Below are positions 44,303 to 53,989 of a DNA stretch of 64,000 nt, one piece after another. Origin of the DNA: Betaproteobacteria bacterium. Lineage in GTDB: Bacteria; Pseudomonadota; Gammaproteobacteria; Burkholderiales; Burkholderiaceae_C. The stretch spans positions 197 through 64,196 of the forward strand of contig JANLPN010000392.1 in the NCBI GenBank assembly GCA_031367285.1. The letters are read 5' to 3'. Position 1 is the first letter of the stretch; every line of letters begins with the position of its first letter. Below the pieces are notes generated by a model. The model was not told the DNA's origin. It saw nothing but the letters and a program-made list of their open reading frames with translations, and did no database searches. Made by a program: the position numbers and the translations under genes.

Positions 44303-45989
44303 GACACTGGCCGCGTCGCGCGGCATTCCGGCCTATGAGGCGCTGGCGTACGACATCAAGAGCCGTGGGCACGCTGTTGTATTCGGGCTGATGAGCGACG
44401 ACACGGCGCTGTTCGTCACCACGCTGGACGCCATCGGGGTGCGTTTTTATGGCGCTCGCCACGAGAACACCGCCGTTGCCATGGCCGAGGGTTATGCGGC
44501 TGCCACCGGTGAACTGGGTATCGCCATCATCGGCCGCGGTCCGGCAACCGCAAACGCGCTGCACGGCGCCATGTACGCGCACCGCACCGGCTCCCGGGTG
44601 TTGCTGATCTTCGGCGCCTCTTCGCTGGTGCAAAGTGGTCCGGACGCCAAGGAATTCAATGCCACCGGTGTGTTGCAGGCGGCCGGCATCAAGACCTTTG
44701 TGGCCGCCAATCCGGAGGGAGCGCGGCGCACGCTGGAAAACGCGCTCGACGCCACCCGGCAAGGCGGCTGTGCCACCTTGTTATTGCCCGTGAACGTGCA
44801 ACTCGGGCTGGTCGAGTACCCGGGCCCGATGGGTATACCGCAGCCCGCGGCGGCAGTGCCGGCAGCCCGCACGCCGGCGCGCCGCGCGGCCATGGACGCC
44901 GCGGCCCGCCTGCTCGACCTCAGCCGCAAACCGCTGTTTGTCGTCGGTCTGGGCGCGCACCGCTCGGGCGCCCGCGCAGCCATAGAACGGCTGGCGGACA
45001 AGGTCGGTGCGGTGCTCGCAACCACGCTCAAGGGCAAGGACATGTTTCATGGCCACCCCTATGACCTGGGGGTGCTTGGTTCGTTCTCGCACGCGGCGGG
45101 GCGTCGCCTGATTGACCAGGCCGACTGTATCGTCGCATTCGGCGCCGGCCTGAACCAGCGCACCACCAGTTACGGAACCTCGTTGCCGCTGGATGTGCCC
45201 TTGATCCACGTGGACATCACGCGTGCCAATATCGGGCGCCTGTTCCATGCGGATATCGAGCTGGTGGCCGATGCACGGACGGCGGCGGAGCAACTGGCGC
45301 TTGCGGTTGCCGAACGCGCCGCGGCGGACAAGCTTTTCTACACGGCCGAGAACCGCCAGCTGCTTGCCGGGCACGACCTGGCCGGCGAATTCCAGAGCGC
45401 GGACACACCGCGCACCATGGACCCGCGCACCTGTGCCATGGAACTCGACCGCCTGTTGCCGCCCGATCGCAATGCGGTCTATGACGCTGGCAACTTCCTG
45501 CAGGTCATTCCTTATGTTTCCGGCATCGGCCCGGACCATATCAAGAACACGGTGGATTTCGCATCCATAGGCATGGGCTTTGGAGCCGCGCTCGGTTTCG
45601 CGTGCGGCGCACCGGACCGGACCACCGTGCTGTTTGTCGGTGACGGGGGCTTCCTGATGACCCTGGGTGAGCTGGAGACGGCGGTGCGCGAGGACATACC
45701 GCTCGTGATTGTTGTGATGAATGACTGCGCCTACGGAGCCGAACTGCACTTTCTCCAGATGCGCGACATGCCGGTAGCCAAGGCGGTTTTTGTCGATATC
45801 GACTTTGCGCCGGTCGCCGAAGCCTTTGGTTTTGAGGCCTATACGGTGCGCACCCTGGACGAGCTGCGCAAACTGGCGCCGGTGTTGAAGAACCCGCAAG
45901 GCCCGATCCTGCTGGATTGCAAGATCAACGCCTCGGTGGCCGCCGGCTACCACACCGAAACACTCGAACACGAGCGGCGCAAGGCTTGA
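44286..45989 (+). CDS. Thiamine-diphosphate-dependent enzyme (acetolactate synthase-like superfamily)
   Basis: ARHENTAVAMAEGY (catalytic Glu), ThDP motif GDGG...MND. Alternative start 44295. Confidence 0.9.
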   Translation: MPSMPETLAASRGIPAYEALAYDIKSRGHAVVFGLMSDDTALFVTTLDAIGVRFYGARHENTAVAMAEGYAAATGELGIAIIGRGPATANALHGAMYAHRTGSRVLLIFGASSLVQSGPDAKEFNATGVLQAAGIKTFVAANPEGARRTLENALDATRQGGCATLLLPVNVQLGLVEYPGPMGIPQPAAAVPAARTPARRAAMDAAARLLDLSRKPLFVVGLGAHRSGARAAIERLADKVGAVLATTLKGKDMFHGHPYDLGVLGSFSHAAGRRLIDQADCIVAFGAGLNQRTTSYGTSLPLDVPLIHVDITRANIGRLFHADIELVADARTAAEQLALAVAERAAADKLFYTAENRQLLAGHDLAGEFQSADTPRTMDPRTCAMELDRLLPPDRNAVYDAGNFLQVIPYVSGIGPDHIKNTVDFASIGMGFGAALGFACGAPDRTTVLFVGDGGFLMTLGELETAVREDIPLVIVVMNDCAYGAELHFLQMRDMPVAKAVFVDIDFAPVAEAFGFEAYTVRTLDELRKLAPVLKNPQGPILLDCKINASVAAGYHTETLEHERRKA

Positions 45990-45998
45990 ACTGAAACC

Positions 45999-47657
45999 AT
46001 GCCAACACCACCAAGCTTCGACGTGATCGTGATCGGAGCGGGTTTTGCCGGATTACACATGTTGCATCGGCTGCGCGGCATGGGGTATGCAGCCCGCGTC
46101 TACGAAGCGGGCGCCGACGTGGGCGGGGTCTGGTACTGGAACCGGTATCCGGGTGCCCGCTGCGACGTGGAAAGCCTGCAGTATTCGTATTCGTTTTCAC
46201 CCGAGCTGGAGCAGGAATGGGCGTGGAGCGAGAAATACTCCGCGCAGCCCGAAATCCTGCGCTACATCCAGCATGTGGCCGACCGCTTCGATCTGCGCCG
46301 CGATATCCAGTTCAATACCCGCGTGCGCTCGGCCAGGTTCGACGAAGCAGCCGGGCGCTGGTTGCTCCAGACTGAAACCGGCGCGCCGGTGTCCTGCCGG
46401 TTCGTTGTCATGGCCACCGGCGCGCTGTCGATCCCGCGTCTGCCGGACGTGCCCGGGATCGCGGATTTCGCGGGCAAGGTCTACCACACTGGCGCCTGGC
46501 CGCACGAGGGGGTGGACTTCAGCGGGCTGCGGGTCGGTGTTATCGGCACCGGGTCTTCGGGCATCCAGGCCATACCGGCGATTGCCAAACAGGCACGGCA
46601 GCTGGTGGTGTTCCAGCGTACCGCGAATTTCTCCATCCCGGCCTGGAACGGGCCGCTGCAGGCCGACGCGCAGCAGGCCTGGAAGGCGGCCTACCGCGAA
46701 CACCGCCAGCGGGCGCGCGAGCTCGGTACGCTGTACGAGTTCAGCGACCAGGCCGCCTCGCAGGTTGACGAGCCCACGCGCACACGCGAGTACGAGCGGC
46801 GCTGGAACAAGGGCGGCGTCAATTTCGTGCATGCGTTCAACGACCTGATGCTGGACAAACGCTCCAACGACACCATTGCCGACTTTGTGCGGGCGCGGAT
46901 TCGGGACATCGTGAAAGACCCGGAGGTGGCGGCGTCGCTGTGCCCCATGGACCATCCCCTGGGCAGCAAACGCATCTGCGTGGATACCGGTTATTACGAG
47001 ACCTACAACCGCGCCAACGTCACCCTGGTCGATCTGAAAAAGACCCCGATCCGGAAGGTCACGGCCACCGGCATAGGGACCGGCGCAAGTAATGGCGAGG
47101 GTGACGGCGCGAGTAACGGCGAGACGGTTCACGAACTCGACGCCCTGGTTTGCGCCACCGGCTACGACGCCTTGACCGGCGCCGTGCTCAACATCGACGT
47201 GCGCGGGCGCAACGGAGTGGCACTGACGGACAACTGGGCGGCCGGGCCACGCACCCTGCTGGGTCTGATGACCAGCGGTTTCCCGAACCTGTTCATCATC
47301 ACGGGCGCGGGCAGCCCGTCGGTGCTGGTCAATATGGTGGTCGGCATCGAACACCATGTCGAATGGATCTGCGATTGCCTGGCCTACCTGCGCAGCCACG
47401 GCCTGGCCACCATCGAGGCCACGCGGGCGGCCGAAGACCGCTGGGTCGAACACGTCAATGCCGCCGCCAACCGGACACTGTTCCCGCTGGCGAATTCCTG
47501 GTTCCTGGGCGCCAATATTCCGGGCAAGCCGAGGGTCTTCATGCCTTATGTGGCCCGCATCGGCGTTTACCGCAAGGAGTGCCAGGAGATTGCCGACAGC
47601 GGGTACGCCGGCTTCGTGCTGGCGCCCGCCAGCGCTGTGTCGAAGGGTGCCCCATGA
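45999..47657 (+). CDS. Type I Baeyer-Villiger monooxygenase, second paralog
   Basis: GAGFAG, WYWNRYPGARCD, FAGKVYHTGAW, GTGSSG, SKRIC. Confidence 0.95.
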   Translation: MPTPPSFDVIVIGAGFAGLHMLHRLRGMGYAARVYEAGADVGGVWYWNRYPGARCDVESLQYSYSFSPELEQEWAWSEKYSAQPEILRYIQHVADRFDLRRDIQFNTRVRSARFDEAAGRWLLQTETGAPVSCRFVVMATGALSIPRLPDVPGIADFAGKVYHTGAWPHEGVDFSGLRVGVIGTGSSGIQAIPAIAKQARQLVVFQRTANFSIPAWNGPLQADAQQAWKAAYREHRQRARELGTLYEFSDQAASQVDEPTRTREYERRWNKGGVNFVHAFNDLMLDKRSNDTIADFVRARIRDIVKDPEVAASLCPMDHPLGSKRICVDTGYYETYNRANVTLVDLKKTPIRKVTATGIGTGASNGEGDGASNGETVHELDALVCATGYDALTGAVLNIDVRGRNGVALTDNWAAGPRTLLGLMTSGFPNLFIITGAGSPSVLVNMVVGIEHHVEWICDCLAYLRSHGLATIEATRAAEDRWVEHVNAAANRTLFPLANSWFLGANIPGKPRVFMPYVARIGVYRKECQEIADSGYAGFVLAPASAVSKGAP

Positions 47658-48493
47658 CCGCGGCGCCAGGAGATTCCACGACCCAGGGCGGCCAGCGCTT
47701 CACGGGGCGGATTGCCGTCATAACCGGGGGTGCCAGCGGCATCGGCAAGTCGTGTGCGGAGGTCCTTGCGGCGCAGGGTGCCCTGGTGGTTATCGCCGAC
47801 CTGGACCTCGTGGGAGCGACCCGCGTGGCCGATGGGCTTGCCGGCCGTGCGTACGCCATCGACCTGGGCCATGCACCGGATATCGACGTATTCGCCCGGC
47901 GCGTGGAACGCGAGGTCGGTCCGGTGGACATGCTGGTCAACGCGGCCGGCATCATCCAGGGCGCGGCATTGCCTCCGCAGGAGCTGGCGCTCGAAACCTA
48001 TGACCGCGTGTTCGCCGTCAACCTGCGCGGCACCTATGCCGCTTGCGCCGCCTTCGGCCGGCATATGGCCGCGCGCCATCGTGGCGCCATCCTCAATATT
48101 GCATCCATCGCCGGCATGCGCTCGACACCCCTGCATGCCTACGGCCCCATGAAAGCAGCGGTGATCCAGCTGACGGAAAACCTGGCCACCGAATGGGGGC
48201 GCAGCGGCGTGCGCGTGAACTGCCTGTCACCGGGCCCGGTGCTCACCCCCGCGCTGCAGGACGCCATAAGCAAAGGCCAGCGCGACCGAGAGCGCATGGA
48301 AAACAGCATGGCCAGCGGTCAGCTCGTGATGCCGCGGGAAGTGGCCATGGCCGCTGCGTTTTTGTTATCGGACGAAGCGTCCGCCATCACCGGCGTCAAC
48401 CTTCCGGTGGACCACGGCTGGCTGGTCGCCAGCCCCTGGGCTTCATTCGGCGGCGTGCGGCCGCGTTTACCAACCAGCAAGGAACTTTCATGA
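47654..48493 (+). CDS. SDR-family oxidoreductase
   Basis: TGGASGIG, NAAG, YGPMK, NCLSPG, VDHG. Confidence 0.9.
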   Translation: MTAAPGDSTTQGGQRFTGRIAVITGGASGIGKSCAEVLAAQGALVVIADLDLVGATRVADGLAGRAYAIDLGHAPDIDVFARRVEREVGPVDMLVNAAGIIQGAALPPQELALETYDRVFAVNLRGTYAACAAFGRHMAARHRGAILNIASIAGMRSTPLHAYGPMKAAVIQLTENLATEWGRSGVRVNCLSPGPVLTPALQDAISKGQRDRERMENSMASGQLVMPREVAMAAAFLLSDEASAITGVNLPVDHGWLVASPWASFGGVRPRLPTSKELS

Positions 48494-49566
48494 AACTCGG
48501 TTTTTTCACCATGCCCATGCACCCCATCGGCAAGGACTGGCAGACCTCGCTGCGCGAGGACCGTGCCGCGTTTGTGTTGGCCGACCAGCTTGGTTTTGTC
48601 GAGGGGTATGTGGGGGAACACGGCACCGACCCGGAGGAGAACATCACTTCGTCGGCGATGTTCCTGGCCACGCTGGTAGACGCCACCAAGACCATGAAGC
48701 TGGGCACCGGCACCCTCAACATGCCCAACCACCACCCGGCCGCGGTGGCCGCCAACATCGCCATGCTCGACCACCTGCTGGGCGGGCGCTTCATCCTGGG
48801 CATCAGCCCCGGCGCCCTGCCGTCGGACGCCGAGATCTACGGCAACTTCGACCTGCAGCGGCCGGCGATGTTCCTGGAGGCCATCAACCAGCTGTTGCAG
48901 ATCTGGACCACGGCGCCGCCCTACAACCTGAAAGGCCAGTTCTGGAATATTTCCACGCAGCGCACCTACATCCCGGAAACCGGCATGGGCACGGTGCCCT
49001 TGCCGCTGCAGCGCCCGCACCCGCCCATCGTGGTGACGGCCGTGGCGCCGTTTTCCCAGGGCATCACCGAAGCGGCGGTACGCGGCTGGGAGCCGATCTC
49101 GGCCAACTTCCTGCTGCCGCAGTGGGTCAAGAGCCATTGGGGCAAATACGTGGAAGGCTGCGTACGCGCCGGCCGGCCCGCCGACACCGCCAACTGGCGC
49201 GTTGCGAAAACCGTGTTTGTGGCCAAAGATGATGCCACGGCGGCCGCCTACGCATTGGGCACCGACGGCCCGTATTACTACTATTACCGTTCGTTGTTCA
49301 ACAAGCTAAAACGGCGCGACGCGCTGGGGGTGTTCAAGACCGACCCCAAGATGCCGGACGACCAGGTGACGCTGGAGCAGGTGGTGGAAAAACTGGTGAT
49401 CCACGGTTCACCGGAGCGCGTGGCTGACAAGCTGCACGCGCTGAAGGAAGAAACCGGTGAGTTCGGCACCTTGCTGTATGCGGGCGTGGACTGGAAAGAC
49501 CCGAAGCTGGCGCGCGACTCCATGGTGCTGATGGCGGAGAAGGTGTTGCCGCGCATGCATGCCTGA
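48490..49566 (+). CDS. LLM-class flavin-dependent monooxygenase (diketocamphane monooxygenase-like branch)
   Basis: MKLGFF...GEH...ENI...HHPAAVA..IAMLDHL.GRFILGISPG...SD; HGSPE. Resembles recalled 2,5-DKCMO pattern. Confidence 0.85.
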   Translation: MKLGFFTMPMHPIGKDWQTSLREDRAAFVLADQLGFVEGYVGEHGTDPEENITSSAMFLATLVDATKTMKLGTGTLNMPNHHPAAVAANIAMLDHLLGGRFILGISPGALPSDAEIYGNFDLQRPAMFLEAINQLLQIWTTAPPYNLKGQFWNISTQRTYIPETGMGTVPLPLQRPHPPIVVTAVAPFSQGITEAAVRGWEPISANFLLPQWVKSHWGKYVEGCVRAGRPADTANWRVAKTVFVAKDDATAAAYALGTDGPYYYYYRSLFNKLKRRDALGVFKTDPKMPDDQVTLEQVVEKLVIHGSPERVADKLHALKEETGEFGTLLYAGVDWKDPKLARDSMVLMAEKVLPRMHA

Positions 49567-49613
49567 CCATCTGACCATCTGGCCGACCCCGGCCGACCCC
49601 GGCCGAACCGGGG
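49563..49613. repeat. Short tandem repeats and GC hairpin after the LLM gene
   Basis: (CTGACCAT)x2, (GGCCGACCCC)x2, and CCCCGG-N5-CCGGGG hairpin 49597-49613. Confidence 0.7.
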
Positions 49614-49647
49614 TGTGCGCCGGCCACGGTATTGAAAGAAACGAGCC

Positions 49648-51240
49648 ATGACACCCAAGCCAACCAGCACTACCATACCGGCCCTGCTCGACGAGCAGGC
49701 GAAAAAATTCGGCGGGCGCGAGGCCGTTGTCGGGGGCGGCGAGCGCCTGACCTACAGCGCGCTGCGGCTGGCCGTGCGGCGTGCCGCCAAAGGGCTGATG
49801 GCCCTGGGTGTTGCGCCGGGCGACCATGTGGCCATACTGATGGGCAACCGGCCCGAGTGGATCGTTAGCTTCCTGGCCTTGCAGCAGCTGGGTGCAACGG
49901 CGGTGGGCCTGAATACCTGGGCCACACCGCGTGAAATGGAGTTTTCGCTGGCGCATGCGGAGATCAAGTTCATGGTTGCCGTGGACCGCTTCCGCAAGAA
50001 CGACTACCGCGCCATGCTGGAGGGCATGCAGCCGCATGCCGCTACGTTCCCGCAATTGCGTCGCGTGGTATGGCTCGACGCCGATGCCCAGGCACCTTCG
50101 GTCGGCCCGGACCGGTTGTCCTGGGAAAAACTGCTTGCGATGGGTGAGGGCATCAGCGAAGAACGCATCGACGCCGCGGGCCTGGCGTCCACGGGCGACA
50201 GCGTCGCGATGCTGCTCTACACCTCCGGCTCGACGGCGGCCCCCAAGGGCATCTTGCTGCAGCACCGCAGCTGGATAGAAAACAGCTGGAACATCGGCGA
50301 GCGCCAGAAGGTGACCGAACACGACCGGTTATGGCTGGCGGTATCGCTGTTCTGGAGTTTCGGCAGTGTCAACGCCATGCCCAATATGCTGGGCCACGGC
50401 GCGTGCGTCGTGTTGCAGGAACATTTTGACGCCGGCGAGGCGCTCGCCCTGATCGAACAGGAGCGCTGCTCGATCATGTACGGCACGCCCAATATGGTGC
50501 AGGCCTTGCTGGAGCACCCGGACCGGGCGCGCCGCGATCTTTCGTCACTGCGCAGTGGCGCCATGATTGGCACGCCCGAACAGCTGATGGGCGCCGTGCA
50601 CCTTGGCGCGCGCGAAATCTGCAATGTCTATGGCTTGAGCGAAACCTACGGCAATTGCGCGGTCATCGACGCCCACGAGCCGCTGGAGGTGCGGCTGCAG
50701 TCGGTCGGCGAGCCGCTGCCGGGGGTGACGGTGCAAATTCGCCACATCGAGAGCGGCGCGCTGCTGGACGCCGACCAGGTCGGCGAGATCCGGGTGCAGG
50801 GCCCGCTGTTCGCCGCCTACTACAAGGACCAGGCCAAGACCCGTGAGGCGTTCGACGAACATGGCTTTTTCCATACCGGCGACCTGGGCATGCTTGACGC
50901 CGCCGGCCGGCTCTACTACCGGGGCCGCCTCAAGGAGATGGTCAAGAGCGGCGGAATCAATATCGCGCCGATCGAGGTGGAGGAAACCCTGATGCGGCAC
51001 CCGGCGGTGCGCACCGCCTACGTGATCGGTGTGCCCGATCCGGTGCTGGACGAGGCGCTGGTGGCCATCATCATCCCGAACGAGGGCGCGCACCCCGACC
51101 TGGAAGAACTGAAGCAGTTCTGCAAACGCGAATTGGCGGCCTACAAGGTGCCTACGCGCTTTCGCCTGGCCACCGACGACGAATTGCCGCTCACGACCAC
51201 CGGCAAGGTGCAGAAGATGAAGCTGCATACCCTGCTGTGA
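49648..51240 (+). CDS. AMP-forming acyl-CoA synthetase
   Basis: YTSGSTAAPKG, YGLSET, FHTGDLG, GRLKEMVKSGG, TGKVQK. Confidence 0.94.
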   Translation: MTPKPTSTTIPALLDEQAKKFGGREAVVGGGERLTYSALRLAVRRAAKGLMALGVAPGDHVAILMGNRPEWIVSFLALQQLGATAVGLNTWATPREMEFSLAHAEIKFMVAVDRFRKNDYRAMLEGMQPHAATFPQLRRVVWLDADAQAPSVGPDRLSWEKLLAMGEGISEERIDAAGLASTGDSVAMLLYTSGSTAAPKGILLQHRSWIENSWNIGERQKVTEHDRLWLAVSLFWSFGSVNAMPNMLGHGACVVLQEHFDAGEALALIEQERCSIMYGTPNMVQALLEHPDRARRDLSSLRSGAMIGTPEQLMGAVHLGAREICNVYGLSETYGNCAVIDAHEPLEVRLQSVGEPLPGVTVQIRHIESGALLDADQVGEIRVQGPLFAAYYKDQAKTREAFDEHGFFHTGDLGMLDAAGRLYYRGRLKEMVKSGGINIAPIEVEETLMRHPAVRTAYVIGVPDPVLDEALVAIIIPNEGAHPDLEELKQFCKRELAAYKVPTRFRLATDDELPLTTTGKVQKMKLHTLL

Positions 51241-51294
51241 GGACGCGGAGCATATCAAGCGACTCGGCGCGGCGGCGCCAATTACAATTTTTGC

Positions 51295-52068
51295 ATGCGT
51301 CCTGACCGTTACCTGCGCACCTTCGATGTCCTCAACCTTCTGGTACAGCATAAGGACGGGCTGCGGCTGACGGAAATCAAGGAAGCGCTGGACCTGCCCG
51401 TGAGCAGCGTGCACAACATGCTGCAGACCATGGTGAGCGCCGAGGTGGCCACGGTGAGCGAAGACCTGCGTTATTCGGTCGGGCCGCGCGCCGTGGCCCT
51501 GGCATTGCGCACCCTGCAGTCGCTTGACATCCGCACCATTGCGCGGCGTTATCTGCAGGAACTGGTCAAGGAAATCGGCGACGATGTCTACCTGGCCATG
51601 CTGGTGGGTAAACGCGTGATGTATGCGGACCGCAGCCTCGGGACCCAGCGCATCTCGCTCGACATCCGGCTGGGGGAGTCGTTGTTCCTGCACAGCACGG
51701 CCACCGGCAAGTTGTTTGCGGCCTACAACACCAAGCTCGGGGCACAGGCGCTGGCAGGCCGCCTGCCCAAAGTCACGCCAACCACCATCACCGACCCGCA
51801 GGAACTGGAGCGCGAGTTCAAGCGTATCCGCTCGCTCGGTTATGCCAAGAGTTCGGAGGAGTCGGTCGAAGGCATCGTGGGTTACGCGGTTCCTATCCAG
51901 GACGCCTCCGGTGGCATCGCCGCGGCGATCCACGCCTCGGTGCTGAGCAAACGGGCGACCCGGTTGCATGAGCGCAAACTGCTCGGCGCGATGCGCGAAT
52001 GTGCGCTGCAGGTGGAGCGGCAACTGGGCAACTTTGACGCGGCCAATGCCGCGCGCGCCGACAGGTAG
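51295..52068 (+). CDS. IclR-family transcriptional regulator
   Basis: HTH GLRLTEIKEALDLPVSSVHNMLQTM; LHSTATGK; ESVEGIVGYAVPI. Confidence 0.92.
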   Translation: MRPDRYLRTFDVLNLLVQHKDGLRLTEIKEALDLPVSSVHNMLQTMVSAEVATVSEDLRYSVGPRAVALALRTLQSLDIRTIARRYLQELVKEIGDDVYLAMLVGKRVMYADRSLGTQRISLDIRLGESLFLHSTATGKLFAAYNTKLGAQALAGRLPKVTPTTITDPQELEREFKRIRSLGYAKSSEESVEGIVGYAVPIQDASGGIAAAIHASVLSKRATRLHERKLLGAMRECALQVERQLGNFDAANAARADR

Positions 52069-52090
52069 AAAAACCGGCGAGGCCCGCCTT

Positions 52091-52504
52091 CTACCTCAGC
52101 AGAACGTTGGTACCGGGCTGGATGTCCGCCTCGTTGATATAGCCTATCGCACCGGGTGTGGCGTTCACGAAGTTGATCACGTCGCTGCTCCTGGAAAGTT
52201 CGCGCGGCGACGCGCCTTTGCCGATGTAGCGGCGCACCGTCCAGTACGCCGTGTATTTGTCTTCGTCCTGGTTCAGATAGACCTGAAGGAAGCGGTTGCG
52301 AACCGTGCTGCCGCTATTGGCGTTGACCGCGGTGACCGAAACGCCGTTGATTTCGATTACCTTGCCGGTATAGATTTTCGCGATGGTCTGGGCATCCAGC
52401 TGGTGCAGACCTGGGTGGCCGATCACCACCACGCCGTCCGCGGCGCGCGCAGCCCCAGCCGCCGATGCCAGCGCCAGGAACAGTGTGCGGATAACGGCCT
52501 TCAT
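52091..52504 (-). CDS. Small exported single-lobe periplasmic-binding-protein-like (PstS-like half) protein
   Basis: Signal peptide to ARA; VNATPGAIGYI motif; 137 aa. Alternative start 52522. Confidence 0.72.
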   Translation of the reverse strand: MKAVIRTLFLALASAAGAARAADGVVVIGHPGLHQLDAQTIAKIYTGKVIEINGVSVTAVNANSGSTVRNRFLQVYLNQDEDKYTAYWTVRRYIGKGASPRELSRSSDVINFVNATPGAIGYINEADIQPGTNVLLR

Positions 52505-52518
52505 GATGGATCGGCTGG

Positions 52519-53850
52519 TCAAAACACGAAGTTATAAGACAGCGACAACACGTTGATGTGCTGGTTGCGGATATTGCTTCCAGGCGCCGCGTCGACCAGG
52601 CTCGAAACCTGGCCGATACGCGTGCGCATCCATTCGCCCTTGAGCTTGCTGCTAGCCGAAAACGAGTACGAGGTTCCTAGGGCCCAGGAACTCTGGTCAT
52701 ACGTGAGCATGCCATCCGCGCCGACACGTTGTGACGCGTTGATCAACGCGGCTCCCGGGATGAAACCGGGCACTGTGTTGTTGTTGACGCTGTTGTACAG
52801 ATTGATTTGCGCGGACTCCGAGCGCAGGAATGCGTAAGACACGTAGGGCGTCCATTTGCCGACATTTTTCAGCAGCGACACGTAGCCGCGGCTGGAGGCA
52901 TTTGCAAAGTCTACATTCGACTGGTTCAGGTAGGTACGGGCAAACTCGCCAATTACACGAAACCCCGAATCGAGACTCACATCCGCACCCAAGGTGATGA
53001 TGGTGTTGTGAAAGGCGGAGGTCGTGCCGACTCCAGGGCCGGGCAGGGAGGGGTCAACCTGGTAGTAACCAATACCTGGTAACAGCGAAACGAAGGGATA
53101 ACTGCTGGGAATCGGCGCGCCGTCCTGCACTCGCCCAACCCCGCGAACGACGGCCATGCGGTAGGTATCCTCGCTTCGTTTGTACGACAGGGCAACAATT
53201 CCACCTTTGAATTCGAAGGCTCTAAACGCCGCTCCGGGTCCTTGACCGCCGGGAATGCCGTCGCGCAGCCAGAAGCGCCCATCGAACTTCGATTTGCCCA
53301 GGTAGCCGTCCAGGCTAAGGTCGCCGCTGGCCAGGCTCCAATTCTTGCTTGCCAATATTCCATTGAAATTGTTACTGGGCGAGATCGAGTACATCTCGGT
53401 TGGCAAGCGGGCAAAATCGTAGGTGACCCCGACGTCGTAACTCTGCGAATAGAGGTAGAACGGAGTGCGTTGCTTGCCGACGCGAAAGAACCAGTCGTCG
53501 CTGGGGCGGTAAGACAAAAAAGCCCAGGAAACAACGCCCCTGTAGTGGCTGTCATTGTCCGAAGCGGGGGCTTCGGTGACCTGGACCGTGGCCCCGAACT
53601 TGTCCGCGAACCTGGCATCCACCTGCAGGCCGGCGACCGAATCACGCCGGAATGTGCCGCCGTTGTTGATAAAGCGCTGGTAGTTGAATGCCTGGTCGGA
53701 ACGCGCGTAGCCCAGTGTGCCAAACCCTGAAACCGAAAGATCGAGCGCCGCCGCGGGAAGCGTCGCCAGGACCAACGCGCCCGCCAGGCACGGTCCTGCC
53801 CAATGGCGCGCAAGGCCTGTCCCCGATCCATTGGTTATCCCATTTTGCAT
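52519..53850 (-). CDS. Outer-membrane beta-barrel/porin-like protein
   Basis: Signal peptide, SGFGTLG start, alternating amphipathic strands, C-terminal LSYNFVF. Confidence 0.8.
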   Translation of the reverse strand: MQNGITNGSGTGLARHWAGPCLAGALVLATLPAAALDLSVSGFGTLGYARSDQAFNYQRFINNGGTFRRDSVAGLQVDARFADKFGATVQVTEAPASDNDSHYRGVVSWAFLSYRPSDDWFFRVGKQRTPFYLYSQSYDVGVTYDFARLPTEMYSISPSNNFNGILASKNWSLASGDLSLDGYLGKSKFDGRFWLRDGIPGGQGPGAAFRAFEFKGGIVALSYKRSEDTYRMAVVRGVGRVQDGAPIPSSYPFVSLLPGIGYYQVDPSLPGPGVGTTSAFHNTIITLGADVSLDSGFRVIGEFARTYLNQSNVDFANASSRGYVSLLKNVGKWTPYVSYAFLRSESAQINLYNSVNNNTVPGFIPGAALINASQRVGADGMLTYDQSSWALGTSYSFSASSKLKGEWMRTRIGQVSSLVDAAPGSNIRNQHINVLSLSYNFVF

Positions 53851-53989
53851 TGGTCGTTATCCGGATAACACAGGCCTGAAACTGCAATGGCAGCAGACTT
53901 GCCGGCACCCCATCATAGTAGGGCAGCAAGCCTGTTTGGCATGCATCGCGCGTCCACATCCACAAGTGTTGGCGCCGCCCAACGGATTG

